Source: an uncultured Actinomycetes bacterium
GTDB taxonomy: Bacteria; Actinomycetota; Actinomycetes; Acidothermales; Acidothermaceae
DNA length: 64,000 nt
Direction of reading: 5' to 3'
Assembly (NCBI GenBank): GCA_963809135.1
Contig: CAWEIG010000007.1
Coordinates: 165,805-229,804, forward strand
Shown here piece by piece: positions 22,145 through 32,329 of the stretch; position 1 is the stretch's first letter; every line of letters starts with the position of its first letter. Below the pieces are notes generated by a model that did no database searches, was not told the DNA's origin, and was given only the letters and a program-made list of their open reading frames with translations. The position numbers were made by a program, and so were the translations under genes.

Positions 22145-22181
22145 CGAATTAGCTTAGACGACGGCAGCAGACAAACCGGCA

Positions 22182-22988
22182 CTATTGACCGTGCCGCAAC
22201 GCGGGATGCGCGCCGGCCGTCACGAGATCGGCAACGGCCTGCCGCGGATCCTTGTCGGTCACCAGACCTTCACCCACGAGCACTGCATCAGCTCCGGCGG
22301 AGGCGTAGGCGAACAGGTCGTGCGGGCCGCGCACCCCTGACTCGGCGACCTTGACGATGCCGGGCGGGATGCGTGGAGCAAGCCGCGCGAACAACGAGCG
22401 ATCGACCTCGAGTGTGTGCAGGTCGCGAGCGTTGACGCCGATCACGCGCGCACCTGCCTCGATCGCGCGGTCGACCTCGACCTCGTCGTGAACCTCGACA
22501 AGTGGGGTCAACCCAAGGGACTGTGCGCGTTCGACGAGCGAGACCAGTGCGCTCTGGTCGAGCGCCGCGACGATGAGGAGCACGAGGTCGGCGCCGTACG
22601 CGAGCGCTTCCCACAATTGATACGAGTGGTAGATGAAGTCTTTACGCAGCAACGGAATGTCGACCGCCTTGCGCACTGCTTCGAGGTCGGCGAGCGAGCC
22701 GTGGAACTTGCGTTGCTCGGTCAGCACGCTGATAACTGCCGCGCCGCCCGCCTCGTACGCACACGCAAGAGCAGCTGGGTCGGCGATGGTCGCGATCTCA
22801 CCGCGCGAAGGACTCGAACGCTTCACCTCGGCGATGACGGTGACTGCGTCGCGCTTCAGGGCGGCGACTCCGTCGACGATCGCGTCGCGCTTCGCGGCCT
22901 TGACCTTGAGGTCGTCGAGCGGCATCGTGCGCTGGCGTTGCTCCATGTCGACGCGGACGCCAACCAGGATCTCGTCGAGCACGCTCAC
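22182..22988 (-). CDS. trpC: Indole-3-glycerol phosphate synthase
   Basis: 268 aa with [19 protein letters not shown] and IGVNARDL. Confidence 0.92.
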   Translation of the reverse strand: MSVLDEILVGVRVDMEQRQRTMPLDDLKVKAAKRDAIVDGVAALKRDAVTVIAEVKRSSPSRGEIATIADPAALACAYEAGGAAVISVLTEQRKFHGSLADLEAVRKAVDIPLLRKDFIYHSYQLWEALAYGADLVLLIVAALDQSALVSLVERAQSLGLTPLVEVHDEVEVDRAIEAGARVIGVNARDLHTLEVDRSLFARLAPRIPPGIVKVAESGVRGPHDLFAYASAGADAVLVGEGLVTDKDPRQAVADLVTAGAHPALRHGQ

Positions 22989-23086
22989 CTAGCGACCCCC
23001 TTGGTGCGCTCGTAGCCGACCTGTCGAGTGCTGCCCGAACGGTTTCAGGGTAGCGGCCGGGGTCGTAGTCCCCTCCGACCCCCCGG

Positions 23087-24487
23087 CTAGACGCCCGGGC
23101 GCACCGGCAGCGTGATCGTGAAACACGCACCGCCTTCTGGTGACCTGCCGGCGCTGGCGCGACCGCCGAGGCGGGCCGTCAACCCAGCGACCAACGCAAG
23201 GCCGACCCCCGTACCAACCCGGCGCACTCCGCGATAGCGGTCGTACAGTGCCGACCGATCGAAGGCAACTCTGCAGTCGTCTTCGGTCAGTCCCGGGCCG
23301 CCGTCGCGAACTTGCAACACCGCTTCGTGCCAGTTCGAGCCGACGGAGAAGACGATCGGCCGACCCGACGGCGTCACCCGCAGCGCGTTCTCGGCGAGAC
23401 CGTCGATGATCTGCCGCACCCTGGTCGGGTCGGTGTCGACGATGACGGGCGCCGGTTCCACCTCGAGGCGGAACTCGACCCCTTCTTTGGCGCAACGGTC
23501 GGCCCAGACCAACGATGCCTGCCTGACGAGCACGACGAGATCGAGCCTGGTGATATCGATCCTGAAGTCCTCGGCCCCAAGCCGCGCAAGGTCGAGCAGG
23601 TCGGAGACCAGTCGCTCGAGGCGGCTCGATTCCGCCAGCAACACATGCCCGGTCGCCTCGACTGCCGCCGCCGGCACCACGCCGTCCGCCAACGCTTCTG
23701 CATAGCCCTTCACCGCCGTCAGCGGCGTACGGAGCTCATGCGAAATCGACAACAGGAACTCGCGCTGTCTGCCCTCGCTCGTTGCGAGAGCAGTGCTCAA
23801 AGCATTGAGCGCATCGGCAACGGCGGCGACTTCGGCAGGGCCTTCGGGCACGAGGCGGACGTCGCGGGCTCCCGTCGACAGTCGCCTCGCGGCCCCGGCG
23901 GCATGCTGCAAGGGCCGGGCAAGTCGACGCGCGAGCAGCACTCCGGTGAGCGCCGCCACGACAAGACCGGCTGCCAAGGCGATGAGCAGCCGCAGCCCTA
24001 CCGAGCCGCCGGCGGATCGCGCGTCGGCGACCTTTTGCACCAACACGACGCCCCCGCCCGCGGCCGTACCCGTCGTGATCGGGCGACCTTCGAGGTAGTA
24101 GCGACCACCGCTGATGCGGCGCACGTCAGAGAAATTGTTGCCTGCCTTGAGGTCGGCGGCCTCCGCGGGAGTGACGATCCCGGTGGCGGTCAGCGCGCCT
24201 TCTGGGCCGGTGACCCGACCGTCGGGCTGCACGATCAGCAGTTGAACCTGCTGAGTGCGCAACAACGCGATGATCTTTGCGGGCACCGCGACCCGACCGG
24301 TCCGAGACAGGTCGGCCGCAGCCACCGACAGGTTGGCGTACTGCTCAAGAACCTTGTGCCCGGTGGTCTCAGCAGCCCTGCTGATCACCCGCGCCGACAC
24401 CAAACCGGCAATGAGGACGGCGATGGCCGCGGCCAGCGTCGTCACCAGCGCGATGCGGGTTGCCAGCCCGGTGCGGCGTTTAGGCAT
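23087..24487 (-). CDS. Sensor histidine kinase (2 TM, HAMP, HisKA, HATPase_c)
   Basis: H-box FLLSISHELRTPLTAVKGYAEAL, N/G boxes (LAENALRVT, DGGPGL, GTGVGLALV). I chose the start at 24487 (MPKRRTGLATR), which overlaps the response regulator stop by 8 nt. Confidence 0.88.
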   Translation of the reverse strand: MPKRRTGLATRIALVTTLAAAIAVLIAGLVSARVISRAAETTGHKVLEQYANLSVAAADLSRTGRVAVPAKIIALLRTQQVQLLIVQPDGRVTGPEGALTATGIVTPAEAADLKAGNNFSDVRRISGGRYYLEGRPITTGTAAGGGVVLVQKVADARSAGGSVGLRLLIALAAGLVVAALTGVLLARRLARPLQHAAGAARRLSTGARDVRLVPEGPAEVAAVADALNALSTALATSEGRQREFLLSISHELRTPLTAVKGYAEALADGVVPAAAVEATGHVLLAESSRLERLVSDLLDLARLGAEDFRIDITRLDLVVLVRQASLVWADRCAKEGVEFRLEVEPAPVIVDTDPTRVRQIIDGLAENALRVTPSGRPIVFSVGSNWHEAVLQVRDGGPGLTEDDCRVAFDRSALYDRYRGVRRVGTGVGLALVAGLTARLGGRASAGRSPEGGACFTITLPVRPGV

Positions 24488-25196
24488 CGGCGCTGTATCC
24501 GACCCCACGGACGGTGCGGATCGGGCTCGCGTCACCGAGCTTTGCTCGAAGCTGCGCGACATGGACGTCGACAGTGCGGGTCCCGGCGGCGGCCTCGTAT
24601 CCCCACACTTCCGAGAGCAGGTGCTCGCGCGGGAAGACCCGGCCGGGACGGCGGCACAAGAACTCGAGCAGCTCGAACTCGGTTGCGGTCAGCTCGATCG
24701 GCTCGCCGCTGGCCAGCACCCGTCGGCGCGCGGGGTCCACGGTGACCGCGCCGACCACGTACACGCGTTCCTGCGACGCCGCCTCATTGCTGCTGCGCCG
24801 CAAGACCGCCTTCACGCGCGCGACAAGTTCGCGCGGGCTGAATGGCTTGGTCAGGTAGTCGTCGGCGCCAAGCTCGAGACCGAGTACCCGATCGACTTCT
24901 TCGTCGCGGGCGGTGACGAACAGGATCGGCGTCCAGTTGCCGTCAGCTCGCAGCATGCGGCACACCTGGGTTCCGTCGATCGTCGGGATGCCGACGTCGA
25001 GCACGATCGCGACCGGATGCAGGTTGCGGGCGGCCGCGAGCCCTGCCCTGCCGTCGGACTCGACGTGCACGCCGAAGCCTTCGCGGGTCAGGTACATACG
25101 CTCGAGGTCGGCGATGGCCCGCTCGTCCTCGATGACGAGCACGAGCCCCTTGGAACCTTGCGCGCCGTCGGCGTCTGGCCTCGAGCTCTGGCTCAT
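24480..25196 (-). CDS. OmpR/PhoB-family response regulator
   Basis: 238 aa. The receiver is LVLVIEDERAIADL...VLDVGIP..DG and the winged-helix C-terminus is LTATEFELLEFL...VWGYE...RTVDVHVAQLRAKLG. Confidence 0.9.
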   Translation of the reverse strand: MSQSSRPDADGAQGSKGLVLVIEDERAIADLERMYLTREGFGVHVESDGRAGLAAARNLHPVAIVLDVGIPTIDGTQVCRMLRADGNWTPILFVTARDEEVDRVLGLELGADDYLTKPFSPRELVARVKAVLRRSSNEAASQERVYVVGAVTVDPARRRVLASGEPIELTATEFELLEFLCRRPGRVFPREHLLSEVWGYEAAAGTRTVDVHVAQLRAKLGDASPIRTVRGVGYSADA

Positions 25197-25271
25197 CGTG
25201 GTCCTCCCGATTCCGACGCTAGAGCAGCGTCGACCTCTTAAGCCTCGACTTGAGCACGCAACGCCGTGTCA

Positions 25272-25291
25272 GAGGAATGTTCGAGGAATGT
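25272..25291. promoter_or_regulatory. Direct repeat GAGGAATGT x2 with 11-bp phasing, 76-95 bp upstream of the response-regulator start
   Basis: Read directly from the sequence (25272-25280 and 25283-25291). It is a candidate autoregulatory OmpR-type site. Confidence 0.3.
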
Positions 25292-25390
25292 ACGGGCCCC
25301 GGTTTCGCCGAGTGTGCACGTTCGGCGGTCAAAACCGGTCCGAAGACCCCCGTTTGCGCACTATGGGCGAGGCACGGCGGCCCAGGCCCG

Positions 25391-25981
25391 TCAGGCGGTG
25401 GGGTCGTCGCCCTCGTCGAGGCGATCCCACATGCCGACCTCGGTCAGGGGGCCGTCCTTCGCTCGCCCCGATTCGTAGCGCCGGCCCATCGAGGGCCAGC
25501 GTCCGCTGCCGACCACGGCCAGCACACCACACGCCGCGCCGAGCACGCCGGCGACCAGGGTCACCCACGGCCACGCGGTCGTGCTCCCGTCGAGCAGCCG
25601 GTCGGAACCGACCCCGGATACCTGGTCGGTCGTAAAAAGGATCGTCAGTAGGGCGGCGTATCCGATGCCAAGACCGGCGAGCGCAAGGACCGCGCCAGCA
25701 ACTCGCCGTCCGATACCTCGCGTTGCCGGAAAAACGACGACGCCAGCCAGGACGACGAGGGCGAGCGTCGCGGCCGGCTGCGCGACTGCGTGCCCGGTGG
25801 CGGTCGCTCGCAGATCGGGAAGCCCATCGCGCGGGACGCTGTAGTGCAGCCACGCCCGGCCGACGGCAAAGAGGGCAGTCGCGCCACTGACCACGCACCC
25901 GGTCACGGCGAGGCCAAGGCCCCGGCGATCGGCCTGCGTCGCTGGCGTCTGCGTCTGCGCCGGTTCGGTCCTGGGAATCAC
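25391..25981 (-). CDS. Trp-biosynthesis-associated membrane protein (Rv1610-like)
   Basis: About 196 aa with 4 TM, immediately downstream of trpE as in other actinobacteria. I chose the GTG at 25981, 8 nt after the trpE stop. Confidence 0.7.
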   Translation of the reverse strand: MIPRTEPAQTQTPATQADRRGLGLAVTGCVVSGATALFAVGRAWLHYSVPRDGLPDLRATATGHAVAQPAATLALVVLAGVVVFPATRGIGRRVAGAVLALAGLGIGYAALLTILFTTDQVSGVGSDRLLDGSTTAWPWVTLVAGVLGAACGVLAVVGSGRWPSMGRRYESGRAKDGPLTEVGMWDRLDEGDDPTA

Positions 25982-25988
25982 GACGTGG

Positions 25989-27425
25989 TCACGGCGTACG
26001 CATGGCCTCGGCAATGGCGACGGCCGACAGCACGGTATTGGCCTTGTGACCGCATTCGGCGTCTTCGGTCGATGGGTCGGAGTCGGCAACCAGGCCTGCA
26101 CCGGCCTGTACGTAGACAGTGCCGTCGCGAACGACCGCGGTGCGGATCGCGATCGCGGTGTCGAGGTCGCCGGCGAAGTCGACGTAGCCGACCACCCCGC
26201 CGTAAAGCCCGCGCCTGGTCGGCTCGAGTTCTTCGATGATCTCCATCGCGCGCACCTTCGGCGCTCCCGACAACGTGCCCGCCGGAAAGGTCGCGGCGAG
26301 CACGTCGAGTGCGTCGTGCGACGGGTCGACCTGACCGACGACGGTCGAGACGATGTGCATGATGTGGCTGTAGCGCTCGACCGTCATGAAGTCGACGACC
26401 TCGACCGTGCCAGGCGTGCTGATGCGGCCAAGGTCGTTGCGGGCCAGGTCGACCAGCATGACGTGCTCGGCGCGCTCCTTCGGGTCGGCAAGCATCTCGG
26501 CCGCCAACTCGTTGTCTTCTTCCGGAGTAGCGCCACGCGGTCGGCTGCCGGCGATCGGGTGCATCGTGGCGCGGCCGTCCTTGACCGTGACGTGCGCCTC
26601 GGGGCTCGATCCGACGATGTCGAACCCGTCGAACCGCAACAGGTAGAGGTACGGGCTCGGGTTGCGCGCGCGCAGCACCCGATAGATGTCGAGCGCACTG
26701 ACGGTCGTGGTCGTCTCGAACCGCTGGCTCGGCACGACCTGGAAGATGTCGCCGGCCCTGATGTACTCGCGCGCCCGCTCGACCCACGCCATGTACTGCT
26801 CGCGCGACGTGCGTCGCAACGGCGGCGGTGTCACCGCGTCGCTCATGATCGTGACGGTCGATGGCGCCGGGCTTTGCAACGCCCTCGTCATGTCATCGAG
26901 CCGGCGTTCGGCGTTCTCTGCGGAGTCGCCCGGCAGCACGTTCGCGATGAGCAGCACGCTGCCATCGTGATGGTCGAGCACCGCCAGGTCGGTGACCAGG
27001 AACATCACCAGCTCGGGCAGATGCAGGTCGTCGATCGTGTCGTCGGGCAGCGTTTCGAGCCGCCGGACGGCGTCGTAGGTCACGAAGCCGACCATGCCCC
27101 CCACGAGCGGCGGCAACGAAGCGTCTCGCGGACCCCGCAGCGCGGCGACAGTGCCTGACAGGACCTCAAGCGGAGAACCAACAGTCGGGACGCCGGGGGG
27201 CGGGTCGCCAATCCAGAGCGCCTGCCCGTCGCGCTCGGTGAGAGTCGCGGCCGCGCGCACGCCGATGAAGGAGTACCGCGACCATGAGCGGCCGTTCTCG
27301 GCTGACTCGAGCAGGAACGTGCCGGGCCGGTCCTGGGCCAGCTTGCGGTAAAGACCGACTGCGGTCTCACCGTCGGCGAGGAGCTTTCTGGTGACCCTGC
27401 TGACCGGCTCCGCCGTGATGGTCAC
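25989..27425 (-). CDS. trpE: Anthranilate synthase component I
   Basis: 478 aa with [47 protein letters not shown] and [12 protein letters not shown]. Confidence 0.95.
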   Translation of the reverse strand: MTITAEPVSRVTRKLLADGETAVGLYRKLAQDRPGTFLLESAENGRSWSRYSFIGVRAAATLTERDGQALWIGDPPPGVPTVGSPLEVLSGTVAALRGPRDASLPPLVGGMVGFVTYDAVRRLETLPDDTIDDLHLPELVMFLVTDLAVLDHHDGSVLLIANVLPGDSAENAERRLDDMTRALQSPAPSTVTIMSDAVTPPPLRRTSREQYMAWVERAREYIRAGDIFQVVPSQRFETTTTVSALDIYRVLRARNPSPYLYLLRFDGFDIVGSSPEAHVTVKDGRATMHPIAGSRPRGATPEEDNELAAEMLADPKERAEHVMLVDLARNDLGRISTPGTVEVVDFMTVERYSHIMHIVSTVVGQVDPSHDALDVLAATFPAGTLSGAPKVRAMEIIEELEPTRRGLYGGVVGYVDFAGDLDTAIAIRTAVVRDGTVYVQAGAGLVADSDPSTEDAECGHKANTVLSAVAIAEAMRTP

Positions 27426-27832
27426 GTTGTCGCCGGAGCAGGACCGCCGACTACCGCGTCAAGGAGACCGGCGTCGAAGCAGGTGCGGTCGCCGGTGTGG
27501 CAGGCCGCGCCGATCTGGTCGACCTTGACAAGCACGGTGTCGGCGTCGCAGTCGAGAGCGACCGACTTCACCCATTGCTGGTGACCGGACGTCTCGCCCT
27601 TGACCCAGTACTCCTTGCGGCTACGGCTCCAGTAGGTGCAGCGACCGGTGGTCAACGTGCGACGCAACGCCTCGTCGTCCATCCAGCCCACCATCAGCAC
27701 CTCGCCGGTGTCGTGCTGCTGGGCGACCGCCGGGAAGAGGCCGTGCTCGTCGCGCTTGAGCCGGGCTGCGATCGCGGGATCCAAAGTTTCGGGATTACCG
27801 GGGGCCTGAGCTGGGAAGTCTGGATCTGGCAT
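27422..27832 (-). CDS. hisI: Phosphoribosyl-AMP cyclohydrolase
   Basis: The ATG at 27832 was verified. The product reads MPDPDF...[84 protein letters not shown]. There is an ATGA overlap with trpE. Confidence 0.92.
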   Translation of the reverse strand: MPDPDFPAQAPGNPETLDPAIAARLKRDEHGLFPAVAQQHDTGEVLMVGWMDDEALRRTLTTGRCTYWSRSRKEYWVKGETSGHQQWVKSVALDCDADTVLVKVDQIGAACHTGDRTCFDAGLLDAVVGGPAPATT

Positions 27833-27924
27833 GCATCCATTGTGCCGGGGACCGGGTAGCACCGTCGCGCGAGATACGGGCGAGAACTTCTCATGAAGGC
27901 GAATCCGCTCCCGAAAGGAACGCC

Positions 27925-28086
27925 GTGACCCCTGCGATCCCGATGCCGTCGATCCCGACGAGCCGCAAGGAAATTCGTCGCCGCGTCCGCCGCCAGGTGA
28001 TGTTGCGCAGGTTGTCGCGCGAACTCGGTAGCAGCGGCGATGCCGACGCAAAGATCGTGCTGCGACGTCCCGCGTCGCCCGCCTGA
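27925..28086 (+). CDS. Candidate 53-aa Arg-rich small ORF, antisense to the his/trp operon direction
   Basis: GTG at 27925 preceded by GAAAGGAA 5 nt upstream. Product: [53 protein letters not shown]. It is below the ORF-track length cutoff and no homology could be assessed. Confidence 0.3.
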   Translation: MTPAIPMPSIPTSRKEIRRRVRRQVMLRRLSRELGSSGDADAKIVLRRPASPA

Positions 28087-28286
28087 ACCGCCGGCCTAAA
28101 AGCCCATCCCGTCGCCGACCGCGAGTTATCGGGACTTGAGCCAGCGGTCAGCTTGTGACGGAATGACCGGCGCCTGGATGGCGCGGTTGTACGAGCGCGT
28201 CGACCACGCGGCGAAATTCGCGGACCAGCAGCCGGACGAGCGCCATGGCTCGAACGGTACGCGCCTGACAGGCTCGCGGACAGGTC

Positions 28287-29078
28287 CTAGCGGACTGGTT
28301 GGCCAGCGTCGCGCAGAGCGGCCTTCACGTCACCGATGCGCAGTCGACCGAAGTGGAAGACGCTCGCCGCGAGCACGGCGTCGGCCCCAGCGAGGACCGC
28401 CGGCGCAAAGTCGGACGCCGATCCGGCGCCGCCACTGGCAATGATCGGGACCGACACCACAGCCCGAACAGCCGCGATCAACTCGAGGTCGAAACCGGCA
28501 AGGGTGCCGTCGGCGTCCATCGAGTTGAGCAGGATCTCCCCCGCACCCAACTCAGCTGCTCGGGCCGCCCACGCGACAGCGTCGATGCCCGTGTCGTATC
28601 GGCCGCCATGAGTGGTGACCTCGAAGCCCGACGCCGTAGCGCCCCGGCGGGCGTCGATCGAGAGCACGACGCACTGCGCGCCGAAGCGATCGGCGGCCTC
28701 AGCTAGCAACTCGGGCCTCGTCACCGCCGCGGTGTTAACTCCGACCTTGTCGGCGCCGGCTCGCAGCAGCCTGTTGAAGTCCTCCACTTCGCGGACTCCC
28801 CCACCAACGGTCAGCGGTATGAACACCTGCTCGGCGGTGCGCCGCACGACGTCGTACGTCGTTTCGCGATCGCCGCTGCTCGCGGTGATGTCGAGGAACA
28901 CCAGCTCGTCGGCACCCTCGGCGTCGTATACCCGAGCCATCTCGACAGGATCGCCGGCATCGCGCAGATCGACGAAGTTCACGCCTTTCACGACACGCCC
29001 GGCATCGACGTCCAGGCAAGGAATGACGCGCACGGCGAGCAACGCGTCGGTTGTCGTCACGACACCACGCTCCGACAC
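28287..29078 (-). CDS. hisF: Imidazole glycerol phosphate synthase cyclase subunit
   Basis: 263 aa with [28 protein letters not shown] and ASVFHF. Confidence 0.95.
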   Translation of the reverse strand: MSERGVVTTTDALLAVRVIPCLDVDAGRVVKGVNFVDLRDAGDPVEMARVYDAEGADELVFLDITASSGDRETTYDVVRRTAEQVFIPLTVGGGVREVEDFNRLLRAGADKVGVNTAAVTRPELLAEAADRFGAQCVVLSIDARRGATASGFEVTTHGGRYDTGIDAVAWAARAAELGAGEILLNSMDADGTLAGFDLELIAAVRAVVSVPIIASGGAGSASDFAPAVLAGADAVLAASVFHFGRLRIGDVKAALRDAGQPVR

Positions 29079-29209
29079 GCGGAGGAAATTCGCTGAGTGC
29101 CGTCGCCAGTCACGTTCTCAACCCTAGCTGTGGACGACGGACAGCTCGGTCGCACACGTACGGCCCAGACCCTGAGTAGCGCCGAGGCCGCCTGTCTTTG
29201 GTCGACTGC

Positions 29210-29253
29210 AGGAATTCCGGGGTATCGAGACGCCCAAACACCCCGGAATTCCT
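29210..29253. other. Perfect 14-bp inverted repeat AGGAATTCCGGGGT-(16 nt)-ACCCCGGAATTCCT in the priA-hisF spacer
   Basis: Read directly from the sequence. It sits inside a 190-bp intercistronic gap. Confidence 0.6.
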
Positions 29254-29268
29254 TCACTCGCCGCGGAG

Positions 29269-30000
29269 TCAGCGTCCGCTTACTTCAGCGAGGGCTTGCT
29301 CGAGGGTGAATTCGCCTGCGTACAAAGCCTTTCCGACGATCGCGCCCTCGACTCCTAACGGCACCAGTTCGGCCAACGCGCGCAGATCGGCGAGCGACGA
29401 CACTCCGCCACTCGCTACGACGGGTCGATCGGTGGCTGCGCAGACCGACCGCAGCAGGTCGAGATTCGGCCCCGTGAGCGTGCCGTCGCGCCGAACGTCC
29501 GTCACGACATAACGGGCGCACCCATCGGCGTCGAGGCGGGCAAGCACCTCGAAGAGCTCGCCACCGTCTTGAGTCCAACCGCGTGCAGACAACGTGGTGC
29601 CGCGGACGTCGAGGCCGACCGCGATCCGGTCGCCGTATCTCGCAATCGCCGACCGCACCCAGTCAGGGTTCTCCAAGGCAGCAGTGCCCAGGTTGACGCG
29701 CCGGCATCCGGTCGAGAGCGCAGCCTCGAGCGAGTCGTCGTCGCGAATGCCGCCCGACAACTCGACGGCGACGTCGAGCTCGCCAATCACGTGGCCAAGC
29801 AACGCAGCGTTCGAGCCTCGACCGAAGGCCGCATCGAGGTCGACGAGGTGAATCCATTCGGCGCCAGCGCGCTGCCATGCAAGTGCGGCCGCGAGCGGTT
29901 CGCCGTAATGCGTCTCCGAGCCCGCTGCGCCCTGAAAGAGCCGCACGGCCCGCCCGCCGGAAACGTCGACAGCCGGCAACAACTCAAGTGTCTTCGTCAC
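29269..30000 (-). CDS. priA: HisA/PriA (ProFAR isomerase; probably the bifunctional HisA/TrpF of actinobacteria)
   Basis: 243 aa with [25 protein letters not shown] and [12 protein letters not shown]. No trpF is present in the trp cluster here. Bifunctionality is inferred from the family, not from the sequence. Confidence 0.88.
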   Translation of the reverse strand: MTKTLELLPAVDVSGGRAVRLFQGAAGSETHYGEPLAAALAWQRAGAEWIHLVDLDAAFGRGSNAALLGHVIGELDVAVELSGGIRDDDSLEAALSTGCRRVNLGTAALENPDWVRSAIARYGDRIAVGLDVRGTTLSARGWTQDGGELFEVLARLDADGCARYVVTDVRRDGTLTGPNLDLLRSVCAATDRPVVASGGVSSLADLRALAELVPLGVEGAIVGKALYAGEFTLEQALAEVSGR

Positions 30001-30599
30001 AGCGTGCCGAGCCAGTTCGCAAGCAACCGGGCGCCCGCATCGCCGGACTTCTCGGGGTGGAACTGCGTGCCCGACACGAGACCGTCCTCGACGGCCGCAA
30101 CGAACCGCTCACCGTGCGACGCCGTGGTCACCAGGCCGGGTGCATCGCGCGGCGCGTATGAGTGCACGAAGTAGAACCGCTCATTCTCGATGCCGTCGAA
30201 CAGAACAGAGCCCGAGGGCGGGACGACGACATTCCACCCCATGTGAGGTAGCACGGGCGCGTCGAGTTTCGTGACGCCACCAGACCATTGGCCGACACCC
30301 GCGGTACGTACGCCGTGCTCGTCGCCGTAGCCGAACAAGACCTGAAAACCGACGCAGATACCAAGAACCGGTCCGCCGGCAGCGATGCGCCTCCGGACGA
30401 TCTCGGCGCCGCCGATTGCGTCGAGGCCGTGCATGCACGCCGCGAAAGCACCGACGCCCGGAACGACGAGCCCATCGGCAGCGAGAGCAGCGTCAGCGTC
30501 AGCCGTCACCTCGACCTCGGCACCAGCGCGTTGGAGCGCACGCTCGGCCGATCGCAGATTCCCCGAGCCGTAATCGAGAACGACGAGCTTGCGCGACAT
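29997..30599 (-). CDS. hisH: Imidazole glycerol phosphate synthase glutamine amidotransferase subunit
   Basis: 200 aa with [32 protein letters not shown] and HSY. Confidence 0.95.
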   Translation of the reverse strand: MSRKLVVLDYGSGNLRSAERALQRAGAEVEVTADADAALAADGLVVPGVGAFAACMHGLDAIGGAEIVRRRIAAGGPVLGICVGFQVLFGYGDEHGVRTAGVGQWSGGVTKLDAPVLPHMGWNVVVPPSGSVLFDGIENERFYFVHSYAPRDAPGLVTTASHGERFVAAVEDGLVSGTQFHPEKSGDAGARLLANWLGTL

Positions 30600-30602
30600 C
30601 GC

Positions 30603-31187
30603 CTACAGCACGCCCTTGGTGCTCGGGATGCCAGCGACACCGTCGAGGCGGACGGCGTCACGCAGCGCACGAGCCACCGCTTTGAACTGAGCTTCGTTGA
30701 CGTGATGCGCGTTGCGGCCTTCGAGCACCCTGACGTGCAGGCAAATGCGAGCCTCGGCGACGAACGACTCCCAGACATGCTTGGTCAATGTTGTTTCGTA
30801 GGTGCCGATGAGTTCGACGATCTCGGGTTCGGTGTGGACCAGGTAGGGCCGGCCCGACAGGTCGACAGCGACCTGGCAGAGCGTTTCGTCAAGGGGCACC
30901 AACGCGTCGCCAAAGCGCCTGATGCCGGCCTTGTCGCCCAGCGCTTCGCGCAGCGCCTGGCCCAGAGCCAGCGCGGTGTCTTCGACGGTGTGGTGCGCAT
31001 CGACGTCGATATCGCCGACCGTGCGCACGTGTAGATCGAAGCCACCGTGCTTTCCGAGCTGGGCCAGCATGTGGTCGTAGAAAGGCACCCCGGTCTCGAT
31101 GTCAACGGCACCGCTGCCGTCGATTTCGAGCTCGACGAGCACGTCCGACTCCTTCGTCGTCCGTTGTACTCGTGCATTTCGGCTCAC
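30603..31187 (-). CDS. hisB: Imidazoleglycerol-phosphate dehydratase
   Basis: The GTG at 31187 (GTGA overlap with the hisC stop) gives [16 protein letters not shown].... Motifs: [41 protein letters not shown]. Confidence 0.92.
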   Translation of the reverse strand: MSRNARVQRTTKESDVLVELEIDGSGAVDIETGVPFYDHMLAQLGKHGGFDLHVRTVGDIDVDAHHTVEDTALALGQALREALGDKAGIRRFGDALVPLDETLCQVAVDLSGRPYLVHTEPEIVELIGTYETTLTKHVWESFVAEARICLHVRVLEGRNAHHVNEAQFKAVARALRDAVRLDGVAGIPSTKGVL

Positions 31188-32329
31188 GCTTCGACCTTTC
31201 CTGGCGGCTCGGCTCGCATGGCAGTGGCAGTGGTCGCGGCGACTTCGACCAGGGCCTGTTTGAACGCGGTCATCTCGACCGCCGTGCCGATGCTGACCCG
31301 AAGCCACGACCGCGGCCCGGTCTCGCGAATCAGCACGCCATGATCGAGCAGACCCTGCCACACGGCGTGCCGATCGGCGAACTCACCGAACAGCACGAAG
31401 TTGGCGTCGGAGTCCGCGACCGAGAAACCCTGTGCGCGCAGCCACGCGACCGTGCCGTCGCGCTCGGCGCGCAATGTATCGACCTGGGCAAGCAACTCAC
31501 CGGCATGGGCGAGCGCAGCACGCGCGACTGCTTGCGTCACCGATGAGAGGTGATACGGAAGCCGGACGATCCGCACCGCGTCGACGACACCCGGGTCGGC
31601 GACGAGGTAGCCCACGCGGGCGCCCGCGTAGGCGAACGCCTTGCTCATCGTGCGGGTGACGACCAGGTGCGGGTACCAGTCGAGCAGCTCTACGGCACTC
31701 GGCGTGCCCGGACGCCGGAACTCCGCGTATGCCTCGTCGACGACGACAAGACCGCCGTGCTCAGCGGCGGCATCGAGCACCGCGCGCGCGGTCGCCATCG
31801 GCAACGCGGTACCCGTCGGGTTGTTCGGCGAGGTGAGCAACGTGACGACCGGACGACGGTCGCGCACCGCAGCCACGGCGACGGCGGCATCGAGGGTGAA
31901 GTCGGCCCGCCGCTCGACTGTCTCGTAGGACGTTAACGTGTCACGGCAGTACTGCGGATACATCGAGTACGTCGGTGCGAAGCCGAGCACCCGGCGACCG
32001 GGACCACCGAACGCGAGCAACAGCTGGTGCATCACCTCGTTCGAACCGTTCGCGGCCCAGACGCGAGCTGGATCGACGTCCACCTTCTCGAAAGCCTTGA
32101 GATAGCCAGCCAGATCGCGTCGCAACGCGACTGCCTCACGGTCGGGATAGCGATTCAGGTCACCCGCGGCCGCACCTACTGCTGCTGCAATGTCGGCGAT
32201 CAACGACGGTGACGGCGGGTACGGGTTCTCGTTGACGTTCAATCGCACCGGGACGTCGATTTGCGGGGCGCCGTACGGGACCTCGCCACGCAGGTCGTCA
32301 CGCAACGGCAGCGAGTCGAGCCCGCTCAC
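31184..32329 (-). CDS. hisC: Histidinol-phosphate aminotransferase
   Basis: 381 aa with [26 protein letters not shown] and the PLP-lysine context [10 protein letters not shown]. Confidence 0.93.
   Translation of the reverse strand: MSGLDSLPLRDDLRGEVPYGAPQIDVPVRLNVNENPYPPSPSLIADIAAAVGAAAGDLNRYPDREAVALRRDLAGYLKAFEKVDVDPARVWAANGSNEVMHQLLLAFGGPGRRVLGFAPTYSMYPQYCRDTLTSYETVERRADFTLDAAVAVAAVRDRRPVVTLLTSPNNPTGTALPMATARAVLDAAAEHGGLVVVDEAYAEFRRPGTPSAVELLDWYPHLVVTRTMSKAFAYAGARVGYLVADPGVVDAVRIVRLPYHLSSVTQAVARAALAHAGELLAQVDTLRAERDGTVAWLRAQGFSVADSDANFVLFGEFADRHAVWQGLLDHGVLIRETGPRSWLRVSIGTAVEMTAFKQALVEVAATTATAMRAEPPGKVEA

Noticed and set aside
27426-28051. The extended 209-aa hisI ORF in the track, and a possible Trp-rich leader peptide upstream of trpE
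   Set aside because: HisI homology begins at the ATG at 27832. The upstream 73 codons are Arg/Gly/Ser-rich with no similarity. trpE is translationally coupled to hisI (ATGA overlap), so there is no room for a trp leader or attenuator.
28136-28444. A 102-aa plus-strand ORF overlapping the hisF 3' end
   Set aside because: It runs antisense into the well-supported hisF gene, and its translation is Arg/Pro-rich shadow-frame sequence.
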